The notes beneath the pieces are model-generated. The model was not told the DNA's origin. It searched no databases and worked only from the letters and a program-made list of their open reading frames with translations. Positions 44,652 to 53,592 of a stretch of DNA of 64,000 bases are shown in pieces. Location of the stretch: contig JACPAV010000004.1 of assembly GCA_016180645.1 (NCBI GenBank), positions 157,544 through 221,543 on the forward strand, in the 5' to 3' direction. Each line of letters starts with the position of its first letter. The first letter of the stretch is position 1. The DNA comes from Nitrospirota bacterium. GTDB taxonomy: Bacteria; JACPQY01. A program made the position numbers and the translations under genes.

Positions 44652-47379
44652 AGGGAACGGCGCTTTCAAAGGAGCACCCCGGTTGAGGGGCGGGCCGATC
44701 GCGGCCCTCGCCATCCTGTTCTTCTTGCTGAGCGCGAGCGGGCGCGTGGTCCAGGTGGTGACGGACTACTGGTGGTTCCAGGAAATCGCCATGACTCCGG
44801 CCTTCTGGGTGATGCTGGGGTCGAAGATCAAGCTCGGCCTCCTCGCGGGCGCGGCGGCCGGTGCGGTGATCTATGTGAGCGTTTGGCTGTCGCTGCGGGG
44901 CGGGCGTGAAATGGTTGTGCGGGAGGAGCGGGACGTGATCGAATTCCCCGCTGCGCGCATGAAGCTCGGCGCGATGAAGATCACGGGCGCCCTCGTCTCC
45001 CTCCTGCTCGCGTACTGGATCGGCATGTGGGCCTCCAACCGCTGGAGCGTCGTTCTCGAATTCTACAACGGCGTGGCTTTCGGCGAGGTCGATCCGCTGT
45101 TTGGGAAGGACATCCGATTCTACGTCTATTCGCTCCCCTTCTACCGATTTATTGGCGGTTGGGCCACCGCGGTCATCGTCCTTTCGCTCCTGGCCACGGG
45201 CCTTATCCGCGCGATGCTGGGTCAACTCGAATGGGGCACGAGCGGAGCGAAAGTGTCGTCTTCGGCCCGATCGCATCTCTTGATTCTTGCGGGATTGTTT
45301 TGCGTGATTCTGGCGTATCGATTCCATCTCTCGATGTACGATCTCGCGTCGGCCCAGAGAGCCATCGCGCCGGGTGCGGGGTACGCGGACATCCATGCCT
45401 ATCTGCCGGCGCTCAAGGTCCTACGCCTCGTCGCGTTGCTCTCCGCCCTCCTTTCCTGGGCGGCAATCTGGATTCCCGGCGTCCGGCTTCCCGCCGTGGC
45501 GGCCGGTCTCATCGCCGTCGGTTTCTTTGGGGCGCGGGGGTATCGGGAATTTGTACAGCGTTTCGATGTGGCTCCCAACGAGGTGGTCCGCGAAACGCCA
45601 TACATCCAATGGGGCATCCGGAACACGCGCGCGGCGTTCGGATTGGAGGGGGTGCAGGAACTTGAGTTCGATCCCTCCGAGTCGCTCACGGCGAATGATC
45701 TCCGTCGGAACGAAGGGACGCTCAAGAACGTCCGCCTGTGGGACCACGCACCGCTCCTTACCACCTACAGCCAGCTCCAGGAAATCCGGACCTACTACGA
45801 TTTTATGGACGTGGACAACGACCGCTATTGGGTGGAAGGCGAGTATCGACAGGTCATGCTCTCACCGAGAGAACTAAACCCGGCCAGCCTGCCGAGCCGC
45901 ATCTGGATCAACGAGCACCTCACGTACACTCACGGTTACGGGGTGTGCATGGGTCCGGTCAACCGGATCACTCCGGAAGGGCTTCCCGAGTTCTTCGTGA
46001 AGGATATTCCGCCGGTATCGAGGGCCGGATTGAAGGTGACTCGCCCCGAGATCTATTTCGGAGAAGCCCGCGGCGTGTATTCGATTGTGAACACCCAGGC
46101 GAAGGAGTTCGATTATCCCGCCGGGGAAGAAAATGTCTACTCGCAATACAGCGGCCGCGGCGGGATCCCCTTTACCGGTTCCCTGCGGAAACTCCTTTTC
46201 TCGACGCGGCTGAAGGAACTCAAGCTCCTGCTTTCACGGGATATCACAGCCGAGAGCCGGATCATGATCTATCGGAACATCCAGGAGCGCGTCACAAAGG
46301 CGGCGCCGTTCCTGCTCTACGACCGCGATCCCTACCTCATTCTCACGGACGAAGGTCGGCTCGTGTGGATGGTGGACGCCTATACCACCACGTCCCGCTA
46401 CCCCTATGCCGAAGTCGTTCGCGGCATCGGGAACTACATGCGCAATTCCGTGAAAGTGACGGTGGACGCCTATGACGGTACCGTGACCTTTTACGCGGCG
46501 GACGAACGGGATCCGTTGATCCGGACCTACCAACGGATATTCCCGGAGGTGTTCAAGCCCCTGGCACAGATGCCGAAGGATGTGCGCTCGCATGTTCGGT
46601 ATCCGCAAACCCTGCTGATGGTGCAGGCCATGGTGTACGGGACCTATCACATGACCGATCCGCAGGTGTTCTACAACAAAGAGGATTTGTGGAGGATTGC
46701 CCAACGCTCCGGAGGCGACGCCATGGAGCCGTATTACACGATTATGAAGTTGGCGGGCGTGGGGCAGTCGGAGGAATTCATCCTCATGGTGCCGTTCACG
46801 CCCTCCAAGAAGGAGAACATGATTGCCTGGATGGCCGCGCGGTGCGACGATCCCAACTACGGCGGGTTGCTCGTCTACAATTTCCCGAAACAGAAACTGG
46901 TGTACGGCCCCGGACAGATCAGCTCCCGGATCGATCAGGATCCCGAGATTTCAAAACAACTGACCCTGTGGGGTCAGGGCGGATCGAGAGTCATCCGGGG
47001 TAGTCTTCTGGTCATTCCGGTCGATCGATCCTTACTGTATGTCCAGCCGCTCTACTTGGAATCGGAGGGAGGAGGGTTGCCGGAGGCGAAGCGGGTGATC
47101 GTCGCGTTCGGAAATTCAATTGCCATGGAGGCGACGCTGGAGGAATCGTTGGAACGCATTTTCGGGCGCGGATCGAAGGTCTCCGGCAGTGCAGCGACCG
47201 CTCCGGGAGCGCCGGCGCCGAATCTTCGGACCGATGCGGGCGTCTCCGAACTGACCCGTCAGGCGCGTGAGCACTACGATCGGGCGCAGGAACGGCTGAA
47301 AGCGGGCGACTGGGCGGCCTTCGGGTACGAACTTCAAAAGTTGGGGGAGATCCTCAAGCGATTGCAGGAGAAGCGCTGA
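44644..47379 (+). CDS. UPF0182-family membrane protein
   Basis: TDYWWF, DPLFGKD, NVRLWD, HLTYTHG, NYMRNSVK, YVQPLYL. Confidence 0.92.
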   Translation: MSKGNGAFKGAPRLRGGPIAALAILFFLLSASGRVVQVVTDYWWFQEIAMTPAFWVMLGSKIKLGLLAGAAAGAVIYVSVWLSLRGGREMVVREERDVIEFPAARMKLGAMKITGALVSLLLAYWIGMWASNRWSVVLEFYNGVAFGEVDPLFGKDIRFYVYSLPFYRFIGGWATAVIVLSLLATGLIRAMLGQLEWGTSGAKVSSSARSHLLILAGLFCVILAYRFHLSMYDLASAQRAIAPGAGYADIHAYLPALKVLRLVALLSALLSWAAIWIPGVRLPAVAAGLIAVGFFGARGYREFVQRFDVAPNEVVRETPYIQWGIRNTRAAFGLEGVQELEFDPSESLTANDLRRNEGTLKNVRLWDHAPLLTTYSQLQEIRTYYDFMDVDNDRYWVEGEYRQVMLSPRELNPASLPSRIWINEHLTYTHGYGVCMGPVNRITPEGLPEFFVKDIPPVSRAGLKVTRPEIYFGEARGVYSIVNTQAKEFDYPAGEENVYSQYSGRGGIPFTGSLRKLLFSTRLKELKLLLSRDITAESRIMIYRNIQERVTKAAPFLLYDRDPYLILTDEGRLVWMVDAYTTTSRYPYAEVVRGIGNYMRNSVKVTVDAYDGTVTFYAADERDPLIRTYQRIFPEVFKPLAQMPKDVRSHVRYPQTLLMVQAMVYGTYHMTDPQVFYNKEDLWRIAQRSGGDAMEPYYTIMKLAGVGQSEEFILMVPFTPSKKENMIAWMAARCDDPNYGGLLVYNFPKQKLVYGPGQISSRIDQDPEISKQLTLWGQGGSRVIRGSLLVIPVDRSLLYVQPLYLESEGGGLPEAKRVIVAFGNSIAMEATLEESLERIFGRGSKVSGSAATAPGAPAPNLRTDAGVSELTRQAREHYDRAQERLKAGDWAAFGYELQKLGEILKRLQEKR

Positions 47380-47442
47380 GCGCTTCATTCTGCTCTACTC
47401 GATCATGTCTGCAGGACCACCATCTGAGCCTTCTTCATCGCG

Positions 47443-47498
47443 GTAGGCGCACCCTTCACGGGTGCGTCTTCGGACGCGGGCGTGAAGCCCGCGCCTAC
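47443..47498. repeat. REPIN: inverted pair of GTAG REPs
   Basis: gtaggcgcacccttcacgggtgcgtc-ttcg-gacgcgggcgtgaagcccgcgcctac. Confidence 0.75.
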
Positions 47499-47515
47499 AG
47501 GAGGCACGGAGCACG

Positions 47516-48079
47516 GTGCGCAAGCGAGGAGCACCAAAAAGGTTTAGAGCACCATCAGCGGTGATATACAATCAGCCCACGCGAAAGCTCGCAGTAGTTC
47601 TTCTCATATCGCTGGGCGTCTTCGCCTGTGATCAGGTCACCAAGGACCTCGTGAAAACAGGCCTCCGTCACGGGGAGGTCAAGACCGTGGCGCAGTGCTG
47701 TTTCAATCTCGTCCACGTACACAACACCGGCGCCGCATTCAGCCTGTTTTCGGACGTGCGTTCGTACTGGGGACGAATGGCCTTTACACTCTTCTCGCTC
47801 TTAGCCGTGGGAGTGGTCTTCTACTACCTCTTCGCCACACCGGCCGGTGCCACTCTTCAGGTTATTGCTCTAGCCGCGATCCTGGGCGGCGCGGTCGGCA
47901 ATCTACTGGACCGTTTCCGCTACGGCTACGTCGTCGATTTCATCCATCTCCACTATACCCGGTTCCACTGGCACATCTTCAACGTCGCCGACATCGCCAT
48001 CACCGTGGGCGTTGCCCTCCTGATCCTGCGGATGATCACGCCCCGTCTCGCCCGCCTTCAACCCCCTGTTCCCCTCTGA
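47516..48079 (+). CDS. lspA: Lipoprotein signal peptidase (start uncertain: GTG 47516, GTG 47561 or ACG 47579)
   Basis: DQVTK, NTGAAFS, GAVGNLLDR, VVDFI, FNVAD. Confidence 0.95.
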   Translation: MRKRGAPKRFRAPSAVIYNQPTRKLAVVLLISLGVFACDQVTKDLVKTGLRHGEVKTVAQCCFNLVHVHNTGAAFSLFSDVRSYWGRMAFTLFSLLAVGVVFYYLFATPAGATLQVIALAAILGGAVGNLLDRFRYGYVVDFIHLHYTRFHWHIFNVADIAITVGVALLILRMITPRLARLQPPVPL

Positions 48080-48110
48080 GTCGGCAGTCGTTCGGGGCGC
48101 CTTCACATTT

Positions 48111-48213
48111 AGAGCCTCTAACAGAATGCCGATTCGTAGGGGAGCATCTTCAGATGCTCCCTCTTGTCGGGAGGGTCTGAAGACCCTCCCCTACGGATTC
48201 TGTTAGACGCACT
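48111..48213. mobile_element. MITE-like element: 17-bp terminal IRs enclosing a GTAG REPIN
   Basis: agagcctctaacagaat / attctgttagacgcact (15/17) around gtagggg...cccctac 48136-48194. Confidence 0.6.
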
Positions 48214-48485
48214 TGGAAGCACGACTTCTGTTTTTCAAGGTCAACTCCTCCACTTCCGCGCGGGTCCGCGGGACATCGCAGCGCCTCCGGTGGCCCTCGG
48301 GGAGAGCGCCGCTACCCGGCGGCGAAGGGCATCGAATGCCTCGGCGCTCGGGAATTGCTCCAATCCGCAAAGATTTGAAATATCCCGCGATTCGCCTATG
48401 AGGCGGTGTCCTAAACTGAGTGGCTCTCCCTCGAACTCGCTCCAGGCGACCGTCTCCCTAAACCGGCAAGGTGATGAAACGCACG

Positions 48486-48500
48486 AGGCATGGAGTTTGC
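48486..48500 (+). promoter_or_regulatory. Possible sigma54 -24/-12 promoter
   Basis: aGGcatggagtttGC has correct GG-N10-GC spacing, 90 nt before ATG 48591. Confidence 0.3.
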
Positions 48501-48590
48501 CCCGACGTCGGCACCAAGGCCAGCAACGCGTCTGGGGTGTGTGTTCATTGTCAGCTTTGCCGGATCCTGCTATTCTTCCAGCCGGGATAC

Positions 48591-49274
48591 ATGAAGCGAG
48601 ATTCCCTGTTCCTTGCTGCGGTACTCTGCTTCTTCTCGATCGGCTGCCCCACTCCCTACGAAGAAGCGGGCCTACGGGGTGGCTACCGAGACCTCCAAAT
48701 CAAGCCGGGGGTGTTTTACGTCCAGGTGAATGGTAACGGTTTCACCCCGGAGATCACGCTAGTTGGCTATTTCCACCAAAGGGCAGGTGAATTGTGCAGA
48801 AGAGCAGGATTTTCCGACTACTCCGTGCTGTCGGAGGCCCATTCCTCGGAAAGCCAGAACATTGAGTTGGGGAAGAGCTACACCGGAACGACCAGTGGTC
48901 AGCTTTACGGCAACACCTACACGGGCCAGACGACCGTGCAAGAGCACGGCGGTGGAACCATTTCAGTTACGCGTTACCAAGTAAGCGGCTACGTCGGATG
49001 CCTCACCGCGAACACCGGGCGCGTGAGTGATACGCCGGCAGCCGTCCCCAGGAAGAACGATTCCATGGACGTACCTACCAAGGCTGCGCCTCAGATTCCC
49101 CCGGTATCGCCAGTGCGCAAGCAAAGCGGATACTGCGTGACCGTTGCCCTCAAAGAACAACCCCGTGTGTATTGCTATCCGACTCTGGAAGAATGCCAGG
49201 GGTCTGCGGGCCGAATCTGTAAGAATGACCAGCAATGCGGCGTTTTGAGCAGCTGTGATCCAGGGGGAGATTGA
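48591..49274 (+). CDS. Hypothetical lipoprotein with Cys-rich C-terminus
   Basis: Lipobox SIGC, TPY...GGY....GNGFT...RAGELC motif. Confidence 0.75.
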   Translation: MKRDSLFLAAVLCFFSIGCPTPYEEAGLRGGYRDLQIKPGVFYVQVNGNGFTPEITLVGYFHQRAGELCRRAGFSDYSVLSEAHSSESQNIELGKSYTGTTSGQLYGNTYTGQTTVQEHGGGTISVTRYQVSGYVGCLTANTGRVSDTPAAVPRKNDSMDVPTKAAPQIPPVSPVRKQSGYCVTVALKEQPRVYCYPTLEECQGSAGRICKNDQQCGVLSSCDPGGD

Positions 49275-49352
49275 GACTCCAACTCATGGGGTAAGAAAAG
49301 GAAAACAGCGCTGCCTGTTCCGGGATTTCGAGGTTGCGCCTGGCGTCGACCG

Positions 49353-49481
49353 TCAGCCTGAATAGAAATGGGGGTCGAGTGCGCCAAGGAATTCTTTCCC
49401 CAGCCCCCGAGCTTGCTCGTCGTACCAAGCGACCGCTCCGTCAAGCTCCAGTTGGGCCAGCTCTAGAAAACGGACCTTCAA
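49353..49481 (-). pseudogene. Truncated ParE/RelE toxin (42 aa)
   Basis: TTG overlapping the antitoxin stop; MKVRFLELAQLELDGAVAWYDEQARGLGKEFLGALD then PHFYSG*. Confidence 0.75.
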
Positions 49482-49699
49482 GAGGGGCGATGCCTGGCCA
49501 TGACCGATTCATACGATACCGTTCTGGCGCGGCCGGATTTGTAGGCCGCCCACCTCTTCCGGGCCTCTTTCGCCCAAACGCGATCGACCTCGGGGTCCGG
49601 TTTATCCAAACCCGCTAGAATGGCATCTACGAGTCGCAATTTGTCGGTGTCGGGCAGCGCCTCAATCTCCTTCTCCAACTTCTTGGCCGCCTTCGTCAT
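49478..49699 (-). CDS. Addiction-module antitoxin
   Basis: LPDTDKLRLVDAIL...VWAKEARKRW.AYKSG; SD aaggagg. Confidence 0.88.
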   Translation of the reverse strand: MTKAAKKLEKEIEALPDTDKLRLVDAILAGLDKPDPEVDRVWAKEARKRWAAYKSGRARTVSYESVMARHRPS

Positions 49700-49895
49700 C
49701 TGGATCCTCCTTTTCAGGTTTGCTCGGTTGGGAAAAGACTACCGTATTCCTTCTGACCTTGGAAGCTGACTCGCTGCGGCATCGTGGTCCTGACGCCGCC
49801 ACGGGGACCAAGGGTCAGACATGCCATTCTGTACGTCCTTGGAGTATCACGCGGGTTACCCGCGAACCCGCATGACAAGAAATGGCCGGGAAGTC

Positions 49896-50243
49896 CTACC
49901 GGCCGAGGACGATATCGACGCCTTGAAGAATCTGCGCGAGGAAGCGCGGGGAAAGTTTACCGGCACGCTCGGAAAGGAACACCCGATCGATGGCCACGAT
50001 TTGCGAGGCGTTGGCTACGGAGTCCTTCGGCAGGCCGGTCGCTTCTGCACGAAGAAGAGTATTGCCAGGGGCCTCCGCCCAATTCAGATTGCTCGTGAGC
50101 AGCACGCAGACCAACGTGGCAATCCGACTCCTGTTCAGGGGGTCTCCTTGGACAACGATCACCGGTCTTCGGAATCCGGGCGCAGATTTTGTAGGTGTGG
50201 GCAAATCCGCCCACCAGATTTCTCCCTGGGCGGCTTCTACCAC
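49896..50243 (-). CDS. mazF: PemK/MazF toxin
   Basis: GEIWWADL, RRPVIVVQ, LTSN, GLPKDSVANASQI. Confidence 0.93.
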   Translation of the reverse strand: MVEAAQGEIWWADLPTPTKSAPGFRRPVIVVQGDPLNRSRIATLVCVLLTSNLNWAEAPGNTLLRAEATGLPKDSVANASQIVAIDRVFLSERAGKLSPRFLAQILQGVDIVLGR

Positions 50244-50473
50244 TCGTTGCGCTCCAAAGCGCGTCGGGCGGCGGCGGAAACGAATGAATCCTTGGGTGCG
50301 TCGATCCGTGAAAGGGCTTGGTTCATCCGGTCGGTAACCTCATCGGGTGCGTGGCGAGACAAGTACTCCGAGAGCGCCTCGGAGTAGAGCCGACTGCGGG
50401 ACTTGCGCGTGCGCCTCGCCTGGCGCTCGGCGGCCCGAAAAACCGTCTCGGGAACGGAGACCGCTGTGTTCAT
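50237..50473 (-). CDS. RHH antitoxin (ChpI-like)
   Basis: TAVSVPETVF...SRSRLYSEAL...EW; TATACT 6 nt upstream (leaderless). Confidence 0.88.
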   Translation of the reverse strand: MNTAVSVPETVFRAAERQARRTRKSRSRLYSEALSEYLSRHAPDEVTDRMNQALSRIDAPKDSFVSAAARRALERNEW

Positions 50474-50535
50474 ACCTCTAGTATAACCGTCGCGTCCGAG
50501 GCCCGCAACCGTCGAGGCATCCCGGTTGTGGAAAC

Positions 50536-51579
50536 CTATTTGAAAGAGCAGGAATCAGCCTTGGAAAGATCGCGAGGGATGTTGAGCGTGGCCAGGCCGA
50601 TGCGTTCGGTGCCCTCTCTCCAGCCGTCGCGGGCGTTGTAGTACATCCAGAGTTGGTTGCCGACGCGCCTCACGTCGAATGCGTACACGAAGGCCGATTT
50701 CCAGCCGTCGCCCTCCGGACCCACAACGGGGCGGTCGCAGACCTTCCCCCATGCGAGTCCGTCATCCGATGAAAGGATTCCGATCGCGGAGCGGGAGTGC
50801 CCTTCTGCGTCGTGAAAAATCCCGTTGCTGAAGGCTAGCCATCGGCCCCGCCACTTCTCGTCGAATACTTTGATGGATCCTGCCGCTTGATTTCGGTACG
50901 GATCGTCCGATCGCGGTTCCAAGATCGGCGCCGGATGTTTTTCAAAAGGTCCCTCCGGGCTTGAGGCCATCGCCCGCCCGATGTACTTCGGCTCCGAGAA
51001 TCCCGTGTCGCTTTGGAGCACGCCGTTGGCGCTGTAGTAGAGCCAGTACTCAGTTCCTGTTTTCATGATGAAGGGATTCCCATTCGTGGACTGGAAACCG
51101 ATTTCCCAATTGAGCGAGGGCTCCAGCACAGTGGTCGGAGTGGACCAATCCGTCAGATTGCTCGAAGTACGGATCTGCAAGGAAGACCGATCGAGTGTCA
51201 GGCTCTGAAAGGATTCGTAGAACAGGTAGAACATGCCACCTTCCGGATAGAGATACGGACGGGCGCCGGCGAAGAGGGGCGGACCGGCCGTCACGCGGTC
51301 CCAGTGAACGCCGTCGATGGACTGATAGTGATGGATCCCCAGCAGGCTGTGGGCGAACAGGTGCCACTTTCGATCCGGCGCCTTTTCCGGCAAGAGCACG
51401 GTGGGGTCGGCGATGATCGATTCCGGCTTGGGCGGCTCAATGAGCGGATTTTCCGGATGGTCCTTCCACCCGGTGCATAGACAGCCGGAGGGCTCAGGGC
51501 CATCCTCGATTTTCGCATCGCATCCCGCACCGGCCAGGGCGAGCAGAACAAGACAACCCGTTTGCATGCCGAACTTCAT
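50536..51579 (-). CDS. Beta-propeller glycoside hydrolase-like lipoprotein (GH43/GH32/GH130-like)
   Basis: Lipobox GAGC; NPLI...IADP, repeated S.DG..W, WMYYNARDGW...ERIGLA. Confidence 0.75.
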   Translation of the reverse strand: MKFGMQTGCLVLLALAGAGCDAKIEDGPEPSGCLCTGWKDHPENPLIEPPKPESIIADPTVLLPEKAPDRKWHLFAHSLLGIHHYQSIDGVHWDRVTAGPPLFAGARPYLYPEGGMFYLFYESFQSLTLDRSSLQIRTSSNLTDWSTPTTVLEPSLNWEIGFQSTNGNPFIMKTGTEYWLYYSANGVLQSDTGFSEPKYIGRAMASSPEGPFEKHPAPILEPRSDDPYRNQAAGSIKVFDEKWRGRWLAFSNGIFHDAEGHSRSAIGILSSDDGLAWGKVCDRPVVGPEGDGWKSAFVYAFDVRRVGNQLWMYYNARDGWREGTERIGLATLNIPRDLSKADSCSFK

Positions 51580-51682
51580 GATTCGTCAGTCTGACGCACC
51601 CGCCACCGCCACGCAACGGATTCCCGCAACGGACGGCGCCCTTCGCGCGCATGGTACCTGGCCTAGGACGGCTTGGTACCAC

Positions 51683-51742
51683 GCTATGTCGCCCCGCTAG
51701 GCCATGGTCCATGCCGCGCCATCCGTGGCGCGGCGACATCGC
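51683..51742. repeat. Compound palindromic extragenic repeat
   Basis: gccgcgcca-tccg-tggcgcggc hairpin; atgtcgcc also complementary to ggcgacat. Confidence 0.45.
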
Positions 51743-51804
51743 ATGGCCCCGTACCTTCCTTGGCACGGGGAAGGCGGGGCAATGCCCCGTGGTATACTGA
51801 CCGC

Positions 51805-53592
51805 GTGATCGATTTCCGTCTGGAAAAGAAGCGCCGGAAACTTCTGGCGGATGAAACGGGCACGATCCACAAACAGGGAGCCGGCTACTCCGTGGCCCTT
51901 GTCTACCCGAACGTCTACTCCGTCGGCATGGGGAATCTCGGGTTCCAGGCCGTCTACGGCTACCTCAACGGCCTCGACGGTGTTTCTTGTGAGCGAGCGT
52001 TTCTCCCGGACCACGAGGATCTTCCGCTCTACGAGAAACATGATACCCATCTTTTCACGCTTGAGTCCGGACGGCCCATCACCGCATTTGACCTGCTCGC
52101 CTTTTCCATTTCATTCGAGGATGATCTCCTGAATCTCCCGCGGCTCTTCCGGCTCTCTCGCCTGCCGCTTCTTGCCCGGGCGAGGAGCGATCGACATCCT
52201 CTCGTGCTCGGGGGCGGCATGTGCGCGTTCATGAATCCCGAACCGATGGCGCCGATGATGGATTTCCTTTTCCTTGGAGAGGCCGAGGCGGGGATTTCGG
52301 AAGTGCTTGAAGCCCTGCTGTCCGTCGAACGAGGGAGTGGAAACCGCGAAGAGGCCCTGACCGCACTGCTTCGTGTTCCGGGAGTCTATGTGCCCCGCTC
52401 CTACGAGGTTGTTTACGATGAGCGAGCCTGGGTCTCGGAGCGCCGGCCGCTCAAGGGCGCGCCGACGATCATTTCCAAGCTCCGGGCTGAAATGCTCAAG
52501 GGATTTGTCACCAAGAGCGTCGTCTACACGCCGAACAGCGATTTCGGCGCGATGCATCTTGTCGAAGTCACCCGAGGCTGCGGCTGGCGTTGCCGATTCT
52601 GCGCCGAAGGCTACACGTACCTCCCGCCGCGGACGTACGATGCAGACGCTATTTTGCGGACGCTCCCCCAGGGTGAGGGTATTCGCAAGGTGGGGCTCGT
52701 AGGCACCTCCCTTCCCGAGCATCCACACCTCCTCGAACTGCTCCGGGGGGCGGCGCTGGATCAGCGCACGGTGTGTACGGCAAGTTTGAGGATGGACGGC
52801 GCGAATCGCGAGGTGTTGACTCGGATGTCCGAGGGCGCTCAAAAGACGCTGACCATCGCCCCGGAGGCCGGGAACGAACGCATGCGGCGCGTCATCAACA
52901 AGCCGATCTCGGACGCCGCCCTCTTTCGTTCGGTCGAAACGGCGATGGACTGTGGGATCAAACACATCAAGCTCTATTTCATCGTCGGCCTGCCGTTCGA
53001 GGAAGATGAGGACGTGAAAGATGTAGCCCGCCTCGGTGAACACATCTGGGGTCTGATCCAATCGAAGAGCCGTCACGCGGACTCCAAACTGACCCTGAGC
53101 GTCAATCCGTTCATCCCGAAGCCGTCGACGCCCTTCCAATGGTGTGGACTGAAACCCGAGCCTGAGCTGAAGAGAAAGGTCGCGTCGATTAAGAACGGCT
53201 TGGCCCACATCGAGCGGGTGCATGTGAGTGGATACTCGCCCAGGCAGGCCGTCCTTCAAAGTCTTCTGTCGATCGGCGATCGGCGTGTGGGGGAAGCCAT
53301 GGCCAACGCTGCGGGCGACCAGGGTTCGGCACGGGGACACTGGGCCGCGGAGTTTCCGCCGAAAGACTGGATCGTCCATCGGGCAAAGGATGTTGGGGAA
53401 ACGCTCCCGTGGGATTTCATCGATCACGGAGTACGCAAATCGTTTCTGGTTGATGAATACCGGCGCGCCGAGGCGGAGGTTCGCACGCGCGCGTGCCACG
53501 TCCCCACGTGCCGCATCTGTGGGGTCTGCACAGATGAGTCTGCATCGGCCGTTGCCCCTGGACATGAACACCGGGCCGGGGGGTCCATGTGA
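51805..53592 (+). CDS. B12-binding-like radical SAM protein
   Basis: YPNVYSVGMGNLG, RGCGWRCRFC, APEAG, FIPKPSTPFQW, LPWD, C-terminal C..CGVC; GTG 51805 after TGnTATACT. Confidence 0.9.
   Translation: MIDFRLEKKRRKLLADETGTIHKQGAGYSVALVYPNVYSVGMGNLGFQAVYGYLNGLDGVSCERAFLPDHEDLPLYEKHDTHLFTLESGRPITAFDLLAFSISFEDDLLNLPRLFRLSRLPLLARARSDRHPLVLGGGMCAFMNPEPMAPMMDFLFLGEAEAGISEVLEALLSVERGSGNREEALTALLRVPGVYVPRSYEVVYDERAWVSERRPLKGAPTIISKLRAEMLKGFVTKSVVYTPNSDFGAMHLVEVTRGCGWRCRFCAEGYTYLPPRTYDADAILRTLPQGEGIRKVGLVGTSLPEHPHLLELLRGAALDQRTVCTASLRMDGANREVLTRMSEGAQKTLTIAPEAGNERMRRVINKPISDAALFRSVETAMDCGIKHIKLYFIVGLPFEEDEDVKDVARLGEHIWGLIQSKSRHADSKLTLSVNPFIPKPSTPFQWCGLKPEPELKRKVASIKNGLAHIERVHVSGYSPRQAVLQSLLSIGDRRVGEAMANAAGDQGSARGHWAAEFPPKDWIVHRAKDVGETLPWDFIDHGVRKSFLVDEYRRAEAEVRTRACHVPTCRICGVCTDESASAVAPGHEHRAGGSM

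Noticed and set aside
49390-49405. Possible frameshift in the ParE remnant
   Set aside because: Re-reading shows GGG AAA GAA TTC in frame; the lesion is a truncation
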